Origin: an uncultured Gammaproteobacteria bacterium
Lineage (GTDB): Bacteria; Patescibacteriota; Patescibacteriia; UBA1558; S5-K13
DNA: 64,000 nucleotides
Assembly (NCBI GenBank): GCA_964424195.1
Contig: CAYRHT010000001.1
Span: 6,102 to 70,101 of the forward strand
Direction: 5' to 3'
Under the pieces are notes generated by a model. It worked only from the letters and a program-made list of their open reading frames with translations, was not told where the DNA came from and ran no database searches. A program made the position numbers and the translations under genes. This document shows positions 28,968-39,240 of the stretch, in pieces; the first letter of the stretch is position 1, and each line of letters opens with the position of its first letter.

Positions 28968-29255
28968 CTATTTTTTCTTAGTTTCTGATTTACTAGATTT
29001 ATTAATCTTTTTAGCTATTCTTGATTTAATTCTCTTAGCTTTCCCTGGAGTAAATGGTCGATTTCTCTTTGAAGCTTTATCAACAAGTTTTTGAATCTTA
29101 TTGTATAATTTTGCAGCTTCAACTTTGTCTTCTGAACCAAGAACTACATCTAACTTTTTCATTAATTCTTTTAATCTTCGTTTAGTTAGATTATTTCTAG
29201 CTGTTCTTTTTTTAGTTTTACGCAATTCTTTCATTGCGGATTTCTTCTGTGGCAT
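28968..29255 (-). CDS. rpsT: 30S ribosomal protein S20
   Basis: MPQKKSAMKELRKTKKRTARN...VDKASKR...KAKRIKSR. Confidence 0.93.
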   Translation of the reverse strand: MPQKKSAMKELRKTKKRTARNNLTKRRLKELMKKLDVVLGSEDKVEAAKLYNKIQKLVDKASKRNRPFTPGKAKRIKSRIAKKINKSSKSETKKK

Positions 29256-29376
29256 AATTTTAATTAGTTTAAAGTTTAAAATATAAAGGTATATTTAGAG
29301 CGATAACCTTATGTTTTGCAAACGTGAAGATAATATAGCATAATAATTGATATATTTCAAGGGTTTATAGCATGTT

Positions 29377-30489
29377 TTAGGTGATAGAATCATTAATCTT
29401 TTGAACTATCTTTAAAATATTTAATTCATTTTTTTCTAAATTTTGAAGATTAATATCTTTTTGAGAGAGAGAATCTTCTAAACTAAATGGTCCAATATCA
29501 GTTCTAATTAATTTTACCAACATTCCGCCAGTTTTTAATTTTTTACCTAAGTCATTAGCAATAGAACGAATATATGTTCCTTTAGAACAATTTATTTTTA
29601 AATCTAAGTAAGGATAATTATATTTTAATATTTTAATTTTATTAATAGTAATCTTAACTGATTTTAGCTTTACCTCCTTATTATTTCTAGCTAGATTATA
29701 TGCTTTTTGGCCATTAATCTTTTTAGCACTGAAGATTGGAGGAGTTTGCATGATTTCGCCAGTAAACTTCTTTTCTAGAAGCTTAGTAATTTCTTTTTCA
29801 TTTGGTTCTTTTTTAATCTCTTTGGTTTTAATAATCCCTTCAGCATCAAAAGTATCAGAAGTTTTACCTAATTCAATCCGAGCTTCATAGACTTTATCTA
29901 AAGAGTGAAAAGCATCTAGAAATTTAGTAGCCTTACCAGAAGCTAGGATTAATAATCCAGAAGCCATGGGATCTAAAGTTCCAGCAAAACCAATCTTTTT
30001 CATATTTAAGACTTTTCTTAAAATACTGATATTTTTAAAAGAGGCACAACCTTTTTCCTTGTTGATTAAATAGAAATTAGCATTTTGATCAGCTAATATA
30101 TTTTTAATTTTACGGGCTTTGAATAATTCTTCGTGATATGATGAGGCTCTTTTAATTTTAATTTTTTTAAAGTTTTTTAGTAATTCTACGTTTTGGTATT
30201 GATCATAGCCTAAAACAATTAAATCGGGCTTGATTTGATTATAAAAAGCTAGAGGATTATCTTTATCTCCTAAAATAGCTTTATCTATTATCTTGTAATT
30301 AGAAATATTTTTTAATCTTTCTTCTTCATTAAATATTAATTGAGTATCTTTGCTAATATTTTGATTTCGAGCAATGACAACATAAAGTTCTTTAGCTAAA
30401 TTTTTAGCATATTTAAAAACAGAGATATGTCCAGGATGGATAATATCAAATGTTCCAAAAATTACTACTTTTTTATATTTCTTTTTCAT
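29377..30489 (-). CDS. truB: Fusion: cytidylyltransferase-like (RibL/FAD synthase-type) domain + tRNA pseudouridine-55 synthase
   Basis: N-term FGTFDIIHPGH, VVIAR, KPDLIVLGYDQ; C-term INKEKG, KIGFAGTLDPMASGLL, QTPPIFSAKKING, CSKGTYIRS. Confidence 0.9.
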   Translation of the reverse strand: MKKKYKKVVIFGTFDIIHPGHISVFKYAKNLAKELYVVIARNQNISKDTQLIFNEEERLKNISNYKIIDKAILGDKDNPLAFYNQIKPDLIVLGYDQYQNVELLKNFKKIKIKRASSYHEELFKARKIKNILADQNANFYLINKEKGCASFKNISILRKVLNMKKIGFAGTLDPMASGLLILASGKATKFLDAFHSLDKVYEARIELGKTSDTFDAEGIIKTKEIKKEPNEKEITKLLEKKFTGEIMQTPPIFSAKKINGQKAYNLARNNKEVKLKSVKITINKIKILKYNYPYLDLKINCSKGTYIRSIANDLGKKLKTGGMLVKLIRTDIGPFSLEDSLSQKDINLQNLEKNELNILKIVQKINDSIT

Positions 30490-30536
30490 GTTCTTAGATT
30501 AACAGATTGTAGGGAAATAAAAAAGGCTTAACAATA

Positions 30537-31157
30537 TTAAAACATTGTTAAGCCGAAGATTTGTATAAAGAATAATGTAGAAAAGACTCCTAAAATAATT
30601 CCAAAGATTGTTTCTTCTTCAAGATGAACATCGTTAACAGAATAAGCTTCAATTACTAGTAAGAGCGAAACTATATTAGCAACAATTAATATCCAATTTT
30701 CTCGCTGAATTAGTAAAAAGATGATGGTTATTAATTGGAAGACAAATCCCATTATTAAACCTTTAATAGCTAAATTAGGATTATTTTTAGTGGTTCGATT
30801 TTGAATCACAAATACAGCTGGTAAGAATGGGAAGAAAACAGCTAATGGTTTGTTTCCCAGAGTTGTGACAGTTAAGATTAAAACTGTTATTACATAAGCA
30901 CTATGTCCAGAAACTATTCCTCCTCTCCAAGAATTCCCCATATTAGTTAGAGCTTTAATAATCCAAATTGAAATAGGTGGAAAATACAAAGCTACTAAGT
31001 ACATTAGAAATTCTGAATTAGCAATATTTCTGTGAAAGAAATATAAACCAGCGGTTATGGACAAGAATAGAATAATAAAAATTGGATTTTTACAGACCGA
31101 TTTAATATAAGGATCTGTTTGATACAATAATTCTCCAATACTTTTTCTTTCTTTCAT
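30537..31157 (-). CDS. Membrane protein with divergent PAP2-like motifs
   Basis: IIKA...GGIVSGHSA...VH..EE.IFGIILG; AGGAGG RBS. Confidence 0.6.
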   Translation of the reverse strand: MKERKSIGELLYQTDPYIKSVCKNPIFIILFLSITAGLYFFHRNIANSEFLMYLVALYFPPISIWIIKALTNMGNSWRGGIVSGHSAYVITVLILTVTTLGNKPLAVFFPFLPAVFVIQNRTTKNNPNLAIKGLIMGFVFQLITIIFLLIQRENWILIVANIVSLLLVIEAYSVNDVHLEEETIFGIILGVFSTLFFIQIFGLTMF

Positions 31158-31281
31158 TTTTCCTCCTAATTTTTTTATTTTGATACTTAAAATTACCTTA
31201 GATTACTTTAATTGTCAATTGATACTTTTTAAAACTTAATATACTATATATAGTATAAGGATTATAAATTATAAGAAAATT

Positions 31282-31866
31282 ATGATTGCTTATTTAAAAG
31301 GAAAAGTCATTAATGAAACTGATAAATCAATAATTATATTAGTAGCTGATATTGGCTATGAAGTTTTTTTAGCTAATAAATTTTTGAGTAAGATAAAAAA
31401 AGAGCAAGACTTAGATTTATACATTTATCATAAACAAAGAGAAGATGCTCAAGAGCTTTATGGCTTTGAAAATTTAGAAGAAAGGGATCTTTTTGTTAAA
31501 TTGATTTCAGTTTCAGGAGTAGGCCCTAAATCAGCTTTAAATGTCATGTCTATTGCTAGTATTCAGGATTTAAAAGAAGCAATTGTGAGTGGTGATGCTG
31601 ATATATTTAAAAAAGTTTCTGGTATTGGTACTAAAACTGCAGAGAGAATTATAGTGGAATTGAAAACTAAATTTGCTTCTTTGTCTACTAGTGGTGTTGA
31701 TAACAAAGATTTAAAAAATGATTCAAATTTAGAAATATTTGAAGCTTTAAATGCTTTAGGATTTAATGACAATGAAGTCCGAGAGGTATATAATCAAATT
31801 CCTAAAGATTTAGAAACTACATCTGATAAGATTAAGTTCGCTTTGAAATTATTAAAGAAAATATGA
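31282..31866 (+). CDS. ruvA: Holliday junction branch migration protein RuvA
   Basis: MIAYLKG, REDAQELYGF, LISVSGVGPKSA, GIGTKTAERIIVELK. Confidence 0.97.
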   Translation: MIAYLKGKVINETDKSIIILVADIGYEVFLANKFLSKIKKEQDLDLYIYHKQREDAQELYGFENLEERDLFVKLISVSGVGPKSALNVMSIASIQDLKEAIVSGDADIFKKVSGIGTKTAERIIVELKTKFASLSTSGVDNKDLKNDSNLEIFEALNALGFNDNEVREVYNQIPKDLETTSDKIKFALKLLKKI

Positions 31867-32837
31867 TTAAAGAATTAAACAATCAAGAATTAGATAATTT
31901 TGTGAGTCAGCAGAGTTACTCACAATTTTTACAAAACTCTTTGTGGAGTAATTTTCAAGAAGAGTTAGGGAATAAGGTTTGGAAAATTGCTTACCTGGAA
32001 GAAGAAAATATTTTAGGTAGTGCTTTGGTAATTGAAAAGAAATTACCTTTTAATTTAACTTACCTATATTTACCTCGGGGACCAATTATTTCTGATCAAG
32101 CTCAGGACAAAGACAGGGTTATGAAGTTATTATTAAAAGGAGTACGAGATATTAGTCTTCAGACTGCAAAGAGGCAAGAAGTATTTTTTAGATTTGAGAC
32201 TCTAGAAAAGTTTGATTTAGAAAATGTTCGCTCAGTTAAGAGTATTCAACCAGCTAATACCTTATTATTAGACTTAAATAAGTCCGAAGAGGAATTATTA
32301 ACTGAGATGCATCAAAAAACTCGTTATAACATCAGACTATCTAAGAAAAAAGGAGTGAAGATTGAAAAAATTGAAGATCAAGAAAAAGCTTTAGATATTT
32401 TTAGTAAATTAATAAAAGAAACATCTGGGCGTGATAAGTTTACTCCTCATTCAGACGGATATTATCAAAAAATGTTGAAAGCTTTGGATAAAGATGCTTG
32501 TTTATGGGTAGCAAAATATGAAGATCAGATTCTAGCTGCTAATATTATTGTTAGTTTTGGTGATACAGTCACTTATTTACACGGAGCATCTTCTAATGAA
32601 CATCGGAATTTAATGGCTCCTCACTTATTACAATGGGAACAAATCAAATGGGCTAAAGAAAATAACTATCAGATCTATGATTTTTGGGGAATTTCAGATT
32701 CTGATCCACGTTGGGCTGGATTTACTAGATTTAAAAAAGGTTTTGGTGGTCAAGAAAAGAAATTAGCTGGAACATTTGATTTAGTTTACAATCAACGAGC
32801 CTACAAAATATATAATTTTATTAAAAAATTCAGATGA
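31863..32837 (+). CDS. FemABX-family lipid II aminoacyltransferase
   Basis: FLQ...W, YLPRGP, KTRYNIRLS, YLHGAS, YDFWG, GFTRFKKGFGG. Confidence 0.93.
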   Translation: MIKELNNQELDNFVSQQSYSQFLQNSLWSNFQEELGNKVWKIAYLEEENILGSALVIEKKLPFNLTYLYLPRGPIISDQAQDKDRVMKLLLKGVRDISLQTAKRQEVFFRFETLEKFDLENVRSVKSIQPANTLLLDLNKSEEELLTEMHQKTRYNIRLSKKKGVKIEKIEDQEKALDIFSKLIKETSGRDKFTPHSDGYYQKMLKALDKDACLWVAKYEDQILAANIIVSFGDTVTYLHGASSNEHRNLMAPHLLQWEQIKWAKENNYQIYDFWGISDSDPRWAGFTRFKKGFGGQEKKLAGTFDLVYNQRAYKIYNFIKKFR

Positions 32838-34126
32838 TTAAAAAGATTATTAAAAAATTAACTCCTAAATTTATTCTCAACTCCTATTATCAAAGTTTGT
32901 CTTTGTTAGGAGCATTTTTCTATGGACATCCTTCAAATAAATTGAAAGTAATTGGGGTAACTGGAACAAACGGTAAATCTACAGCAGTAAATATGATTTC
33001 TTTTCTTTTAGAGAAGGAAGGATACAAAGTAGGGAGTACTTCTACTGTTGGATTTAAAATAGGTAGTGAAGAATGGTTGAATGACAAGAAGATGACTATG
33101 ATTGGTCGTTTTGCTTTACAGAAAATGCTTAGCAAAATGGTAAAAGAAAAATGTGATTATGCAGTGATTGAAACTTCTTCTGAAGGAATTAAACAATATC
33201 GACATTTAGGAATTAATTATGATGTAGTTGTCTTTACTAATTTAACCCCCGAACACTTAGAAGCTCATGGTGGTTTTGAGAATTACAAGAAAGCTAAATT
33301 AAGGTTATTTAAACATTTAATGAATAAGCCTAAGAAAACAGATATTTCTAAAGTAATTGTAGCTAACAAGGATGATAAATATTTTGAAGAATTTATTAAT
33401 TATCAAGCTGATCAGAAAATTAGTTTTTCAATTAATGAAGAAAGTGATTTTCAAGCTCATAGTATTAGATTTGAAGATTTTAATACCAGATTTGTTTTAA
33501 GGGGAGTAAAATTTGAAATGAATATTTTGGGAGAATTTAATGTCTATAATATTCTTACAGCTTTAGCTGTTTGTTCTTCTCAGGGAATAGATTTAAAAAC
33601 AATGGCTAGTTATTTAGAATCTTTTGAAGGTACTCCAGGTAGAATGGAATTCATTAAGAATGAAAGAGGCATTAAAATTCTAGTTGATTATGCTCCAGAG
33701 ATTGAATCTTTGAAACAATTATACAAAGCTTTAGATTTATTTACCTACAATAGATTAATTCATGTTCTAGGTTCTTGTGGAGGGGGGAGAGATAAGTCTC
33801 GTCAACCAGTTTTAGGAGAGATGGCTGGAGACAAAGCAGACATTGCTGTCATTACTAATGAAGACCCTTATGATGATAATCCTATGGAAATTATAGATAC
33901 TGTAGCTCAGGGAGCTATTGAAAAAGGTAAAGAACTGAATAAAGACCTATTTAAGATAGAAGATAGACGAGAAGCTATTCTAAAAGCTCTAAAATTAGCC
34001 CAGAAGGACGATTTAGTCTTACTAACAGGTAAAGGAGCAGAACAATATATTTGTCTTGCTAATGGTAAGAAAATAGCTTGGGATGAAAGGAAGGTAGTGA
34101 GAGAGTTATTAAAAGAATTAGAATGA
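32834..34126 (+). CDS. murE: UDP-N-acetylmuramoyl-tripeptide synthetase
   Basis: GVTGTNGKST, ETSSEG, FTNLTPEHL, GRME, VDYA, GGGRDKS, LTGKG. Confidence 0.92.
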   Translation: MIKKIIKKLTPKFILNSYYQSLSLLGAFFYGHPSNKLKVIGVTGTNGKSTAVNMISFLLEKEGYKVGSTSTVGFKIGSEEWLNDKKMTMIGRFALQKMLSKMVKEKCDYAVIETSSEGIKQYRHLGINYDVVVFTNLTPEHLEAHGGFENYKKAKLRLFKHLMNKPKKTDISKVIVANKDDKYFEEFINYQADQKISFSINEESDFQAHSIRFEDFNTRFVLRGVKFEMNILGEFNVYNILTALAVCSSQGIDLKTMASYLESFEGTPGRMEFIKNERGIKILVDYAPEIESLKQLYKALDLFTYNRLIHVLGSCGGGRDKSRQPVLGEMAGDKADIAVITNEDPYDDNPMEIIDTVAQGAIEKGKELNKDLFKIEDRREAILKALKLAQKDDLVLLTGKGAEQYICLANGKKIAWDERKVVRELLKELE

Positions 34127-34908
34127 TCAAGAGCATTAAAATCTTATTTTTACTCATAATCCTAATAATCTTAGGATTTATTTTTTTTAACAATCGAATA
34201 GTAATTAAAGAATATTTTTCTGAACCAGAGAAGATAGAGTTACCAGAAGAAATTAAATTTGAGGATGTTGTGAAAGAATCAGACGATGAAGAGATAATTG
34301 AACCTGAGGAAATTAAAGAACCTGAAGAAGTTATTGAAGCAGAAGTGTTAGAAATAAACTTAGCTGTACCATTTACTATTCAATCTCCGGATCAGAAATG
34401 GGAGGAACCATATAAAGAGGGTTGTGAAGAAGCTTCAATTTTAATGGTTCAAGCTTTTTTGAATGATGATAACATTACAGTTGATTCAGCTTTAGAAGAT
34501 ATTGGAGCTATGGTTGATTGGCAAATGGAAAATTATAAAGGACATTTTGATTTATCAGTTAGCATGACTGCTCAAATGGCTGAAGAATTTTTAAATATGA
34601 AAGTGGAAATTATTAATTTAGAATCCATTGAAGACATTAAAGATATTATTAGAACTGGTTATCCGTTAATTTTACCTACGGCTGGTCGGGAATTAGGAAA
34701 TCCTAATTTTACTGGCGAAGGTCCTTTGTATCATATGTTAGTTGTAAAAGGCTTTAAAGATAATTTAATCATTACTAATGACCCAGGAACTCGTAAAGGG
34801 GAAAATTATATTTATAATCAAGAAGTATTGTGGAATGCTATTGCAGATTGGGATGAAGAATTAAAAAATCCCGATCAAAATGTAAAGGTAGGGATTCTAT
34901 TAAAGTAA
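34123..34908 (+). CDS. Membrane-anchored C39-like cysteine peptidase
   Basis: VPFTIQSP...GCEEAS...YHMLVVKG...ITNDPG. Confidence 0.85.
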   Translation: MIKSIKILFLLIILIILGFIFFNNRIVIKEYFSEPEKIELPEEIKFEDVVKESDDEEIIEPEEIKEPEEVIEAEVLEINLAVPFTIQSPDQKWEEPYKEGCEEASILMVQAFLNDDNITVDSALEDIGAMVDWQMENYKGHFDLSVSMTAQMAEEFLNMKVEIINLESIEDIKDIIRTGYPLILPTAGRELGNPNFTGEGPLYHMLVVKGFKDNLIITNDPGTRKGENYIYNQEVLWNAIADWDEELKNPDQNVKVGILLK

Positions 34909-34971
34909 GTTTATTTATTCTCAAATAAAAAACCCCTCACTGAGTGAGGGGTTTTAAAAGTATAAAGGAAC

Positions 34972-35247
34972 TTATCCTCTGATAGCATCTTTGAATGATT
35001 TACCAGCTTTGAACTTAGGTACAGTTCTAGCAGGGATTTGAATCTTAGCACCAGTTTGAGGATTAACACCATTTCTAGCTTTCATGTTTCTAGCTTCGAA
35101 TGTTCCGAATCCAGTTAGAGTAACTTTATCTCCACTTTTTAATGTTTCGATAACTACTGCTTCAAAAGCGTTAACTGCATTTTCAGCATCTTTCTTTGTT
35201 AGTTCGCCTTTGTTAGCGATTGCTTCTACTAATTCCATCTTATTCAT
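34972..35247 (-). CDS. hup: DNA-binding protein HU
   Basis: MNKMELV...GFGTF...GVNPQTG...PKFKAGK. Confidence 0.97.
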   Translation of the reverse strand: MNKMELVEAIANKGELTKKDAENAVNAFEAVVIETLKSGDKVTLTGFGTFEARNMKARNGVNPQTGAKIQIPARTVPKFKAGKSFKDAIRG

Positions 35248-35314
35248 ATTTTTTTACCCTTTCTCCCGTAAACGGGATTTCCCATATATGGGAACTTAAT
35301 TAGTTTATTTTAAT

Positions 35315-36103
35315 TTAAATAACTGTCTTTTCTTTTATTACCTTTATTTTACTACCTTTTGAATTTAATTCAAGTAGAATAGCGTTAATGGTAACTTTTC
35401 CTTCTAAAGGAATATCAAATACAATCTTAGAATCATTAAGGAACTTATCAATGATAATATCCTTTTCAACTCCAATTACTGACTCCTGAGCACCAACCAT
35501 TCCAACATCACTGATGTATGAAGTTCCTTTAGGAAGTTGACGAGCATCATTAGTTTGAATATGAGTATGAGTTCCTAGAACAGCTTCTATTCGTCCATCA
35601 GCATAGTGTCCCATAGCAACTTTCTCACTAGTTGCTTCAGCATGAAAGTCGAGGATAGTGTAATCAGCTTTGTATTTTTTAGTCTCTTTCAATAATTTAT
35701 CTAGAGTTTTAAAAGGACATTCTATCTTTTGCTCATCAATAAAGGTTTTACCCAATAAGTTTAGCACAATTAAGCTATTTTTACCAAATGTAATTAATTT
35801 GTATCCAAAACCTTGGGGAGTACGAGGGTCATTGGCTGGAGCAATGATATCAAATTCTTTAGAACTGAAGATTGCTTTAGTATTGCCTTTGGAGTAAACA
35901 TGATTTCCAGATGTAAAAAAATCTACACCCGCTTCTTGCATCTGTTTCAATATTTTTTCACTTACTCCTTTACCATGAGCTAAATTCTCAGCATTGATAA
36001 TTACTAAGTCAGCTTGGTATTTCTTTTTTAGGGATGGTATTTCTTTTTGAAGAGCTTTTCTTCCAATACTACCCATTACGTCACCAAAGAATAGGATTTT
36101 CAT
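35315..36103 (-). CDS. ymdB: YmdB-family metallophosphoesterase
   Basis: FFGDVMG, NAEN, TSGNH, DFHAEATSEK, GTHTH, DVGMVG; follows rny. Confidence 0.95.
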   Translation of the reverse strand: MKILFFGDVMGSIGRKALQKEIPSLKKKYQADLVIINAENLAHGKGVSEKILKQMQEAGVDFFTSGNHVYSKGNTKAIFSSKEFDIIAPANDPRTPQGFGYKLITFGKNSLIVLNLLGKTFIDEQKIECPFKTLDKLLKETKKYKADYTILDFHAEATSEKVAMGHYADGRIEAVLGTHTHIQTNDARQLPKGTSYISDVGMVGAQESVIGVEKDIIIDKFLNDSKIVFDIPLEGKVTINAILLELNSKGSKIKVIKEKTVI

Positions 36104-36124
36104 ATATTTGATAAAGATTTAATT

Positions 36125-37651
36125 TTATCGAGCGTATTCAGTGATTCTAGTTTCTCGAATAACATTCACTTTAATTTCACCAGGATATTTTAACTCTTCT
36201 TCTATTTTGTTAGCAATATTTTTAGCTAACTTAATTGAAGCTAAATCATCAATCTTTTCTGGTTCAACAAAGATTCTAACTTCTCTACCAGCTTGAATAG
36301 CATAAGACTTGTCTACTCCTTCGAAAGAATTAGTAATCTTTTCTAATTCACCTAATCTTTGAAGGAAGTTTTCAAAAGTATCTTTACGAGCACCAGGACG
36401 AGCACCAGAGATAGCATCAGCTATTTTAACAATCAAAGATTCTAGAGTAGGTGGTTGATCATCATGATGACATTTAGCACAAAGAGCTATATCTTCACTC
36501 ATTTCAAATTTCTTTAAAACATCATACCCTATTTCTGGATGAGTTCCTTTGATTTCGTGATCAAGAGCTTTACCAATATCATGGAATAGTCCACCTTTCT
36601 TAGCTACGGCAACATCAGCACCTAGTTCTTCAGCTAGTAAGCCAGATAAATGGGCTACTTCTAAAGAATGTTGCAATTGATTTTGTCCGTAGGATGTTCG
36701 ATATTTTAATCTACCTAGTAATTGAACTAATTTAGTATCTACAGCTGGAATCCCAACTTCATACATAGCATTATCACCAGCTTTTTTAATATCCAAAGCT
36801 AATTCTTTCTTTTGTTCTTCAATAGTTTGTTCAATTCTACCAGGATGAATTCGACCATCTAAAACTAACTTATCAAGAACTCTCTTAGCTAATTGTCTTC
36901 GAATTGGATTGAATCCAGAAACTACAATTACATCAGGAGTATCATCAATGATAATTTCTACTCCAGTTAATTTTTCAATAGTTCGAATATTTCTTCCTTC
37001 TCGACCAATAATTCTACCTTTCATTTCATCAGAAGGAATAGGGACAGTAGTAGTGGTAGTTTCAGTAGCATGAGAAATAGCACATCTTTGAATAGTAATT
37101 GATAAGAGGTCCTTAGCTCTCTTTTCTAATTCTTCATTAGATTCTTGTTCTAATTTCTTAATTCTAGCTACTAATTCTTCTTTAATAGTATTCTCTGTCT
37201 TTTCTAAGAGTAATTCTTTAGCCTCTTCTTGATTCATTTTGGAAATATTTTCTAATCTTTCCATTTGCATCTTTTGAATACTTTTGATTTCTTGTTTGAT
37301 ATTTTCAATTCTCTTAGTCTTATCAAGAATATCTTGTTGTTTATTCTCAATATCAAGCAGTTTCTTATCAAACAAAGATTCTCTCTTTTCTAATCTTTTT
37401 TGAGCATGAGCAGTTTCTCTTCTTCGTTGTTGCTCTTCTTTCTTAGCTTCATCCATAATGGATACAGCTTTTTCTTTAGCATGTAATAATATATCCTGTT
37501 GTTTTTCTTTAGCCTTGTCTAGGATTTCTTCAGCTTTTTTTTCAGCACTGTTTACAGCATTGACGCTGATCTTTTTTCTAAAAACATATCCTAGAAAAAA
37601 GCCTAAAGCTAAAACAATCAGTGATACAAAATAGGTTACTGATTCTAACAT
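36125..37651 (-). CDS. rny: Ribonuclease Y
   Basis: N-term TM, coiled coil, KGRIIGREGRNIR (KH), HDIGK (HD), YAIQAGREVR. Confidence 0.97.
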   Translation of the reverse strand: MLESVTYFVSLIVLALGFFLGYVFRKKISVNAVNSAEKKAEEILDKAKEKQQDILLHAKEKAVSIMDEAKKEEQQRRRETAHAQKRLEKRESLFDKKLLDIENKQQDILDKTKRIENIKQEIKSIQKMQMERLENISKMNQEEAKELLLEKTENTIKEELVARIKKLEQESNEELEKRAKDLLSITIQRCAISHATETTTTTVPIPSDEMKGRIIGREGRNIRTIEKLTGVEIIIDDTPDVIVVSGFNPIRRQLAKRVLDKLVLDGRIHPGRIEQTIEEQKKELALDIKKAGDNAMYEVGIPAVDTKLVQLLGRLKYRTSYGQNQLQHSLEVAHLSGLLAEELGADVAVAKKGGLFHDIGKALDHEIKGTHPEIGYDVLKKFEMSEDIALCAKCHHDDQPPTLESLIVKIADAISGARPGARKDTFENFLQRLGELEKITNSFEGVDKSYAIQAGREVRIFVEPEKIDDLASIKLAKNIANKIEEELKYPGEIKVNVIRETRITEYAR

Positions 37652-38039
37652 TTGTTTAACTTTCTAATTTTTTGGCAGAGTTCTTAATATAGCAAAAACA
37701 ATAGCTTACTGTGTTTTCGGCTTATCCAAGTGTCTAATTGTTTTATTTGATGTAATTAAGTTTGATAGTTTTAACATAATATAGCTATTTTAGAGGGATT
37801 GCTACTATTTCTAGAATTTCTGTCCAAAAGTTATTTTTTAATTTTTACTAAATTTAGATTAGCATGTATTAATATTAATTTCAAGGGGGAGGATATAAAA
37901 AAGCTTGACAAGATATATAACATGTGATATAGTTATATATTCAGCAAAGCCTTATAAAAAAGTGTAGCTGAATCATAAAAAGGCGCGGACTAAGTCTGCT
38001 TAAATCTACAAAGCCATTTTATGTATCCTGGGAGGATAA

Positions 38040-38462
38040 ATGAAAAAGATAATCTTAATTTTAGTAGTATTTGTGTTGATGATGACCGGTTGTTCTGTTA
38101 AGCATTTTGATTATTCTCCTTTTCCAGAAAAAGGGGAATATAAAAAAATAATAGTCGCAGATTGTCACAAGATTTCTCCTAAATATGCCGATGACTTCCA
38201 TCGTTTTGGTTTAGATTCTTGTTCCATCTATGAAGCATACGGAGTGAGATTTCCTTTAAAGGGGTCTGATAAAGCTTTAATTCTGTATAGTTTTATTAAG
38301 CAAGAGTTTGATGTTCAACTTGTTGATTTAGATGAGGAAACTAAACTATTAATCGATGAAGATGATTACCTGTGGCTTATTTTTAAAGGAAATCGTTTTT
38401 CAAGAACGGAACTTAGAAAAATTCAAAAAATAGACATGTTAGTAGTCTATATTCTTGGATAG
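38040..38462 (+). CDS. Hypothetical lipoprotein
   Basis: Lipobox MTGC; GGGAGG RBS; TTGACA-17-TATAGT at 37905-37933. Confidence 0.7.
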   Translation: MKKIILILVVFVLMMTGCSVKHFDYSPFPEKGEYKKIIVADCHKISPKYADDFHRFGLDSCSIYEAYGVRFPLKGSDKALILYSFIKQEFDVQLVDLDEETKLLIDEDDYLWLIFKGNRFSRTELRKIQKIDMLVVYILG

Positions 38463-38675
38463 TTCTGTTGGCCATCATTCATTAAAACCAATGCTTAAAG
38501 GTCTTAATGATTTAAAAAATCGTAGAAAGCATAATAATCAGTTTAGTTAAAAGGAGGAATTATGAATTATAATTTCTTTATTGAACTAAAAGCCTGCGTA
38601 TCTAAATATCGTAGGCTTTTTTTATTTAACAGAATAAGTAGGGTATAATATAAGTATTATTTAAACTATATTAAA

Positions 38676-38951
38676 ATGAATTTAAAACAGATTATCATTA
38701 TCATTATCATTATTATTCTAATTAACATTATTGCTTTTGTTTTAATGATAATGGATAAGAGAAAATCAATTCTTAAAAATTATCGAATAAAAGAAGTCCA
38801 TTTATTTTTTCTAGCTATTTGTTTTGGTAGTGTAGGGATATTTCTAGGGATGCATTTAGTTAGGCATAAAAATAGAAGATGGTATTTTAATCTTGGAATT
38901 CCTTTGTTAATTATTCAACAAGTAATTATTGTTTGGGGAATTTATAGATAA
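38676..38951 (+). CDS. DUF1294-family membrane protein
   Basis: INIIAF.LM..DKRKS...RIKE..L...FGSVG...GMHLVRHK. Confidence 0.88.
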   Translation: MNLKQIIIIIIIIILINIIAFVLMIMDKRKSILKNYRIKEVHLFFLAICFGSVGIFLGMHLVRHKNRRWYFNLGIPLLIIQQVIIVWGIYR

Positions 38952-39019
38952 TTTCTTGACAAATAGTGGCAGAAGATATAAGTTGTAAAAAAGAAAATAA
39001 GTATATAAAAGGAGGAAAA

Positions 39020-39184
39020 ATGAAGAATAATATGGTAAGAAAGAAGATTAACATCTTGGGATTGAACATTGAGATCGTAGATACGGAAGACAATATTAAA
39101 GGTAATAAAGCAATTGCAAAAGCATTTATTGAATTTACAGTAGTTACCTTTATAATGTTTGTTTTACCCTTTATTGTAGGATAA
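39020..39184 (+). CDS. Small hypothetical protein with C-terminal TM
   Basis: GGAGG-5-ATG at 39020; upstream TTGACA; terminator at 39200-39229. Confidence 0.55.
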   Translation: MKNNMVRKKINILGLNIEIVDTEDNIKGNKAIAKAFIEFTVVTFIMFVLPFIVG

Positions 39185-39240
39185 GTGTTTATTAAAAATA
39201 AAAGCTGAACTTAATTGTTCAGCTTTTTTGACTTTTAAAA

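Noticed and set aside
35262-35295. Two adjacent palindromes upstream of hup
   Set aside because: Most simply a terminator or mRNA-stabilising hairpins between ymdB and hup; no further evidence.
38691-38717. (ATTATC)3(ATT)3 microsatellite as a phase-variation switch
   Set aside because: Units are multiples of 3 and encode a poly-Ile TM stretch; slippage would not shift the frame.
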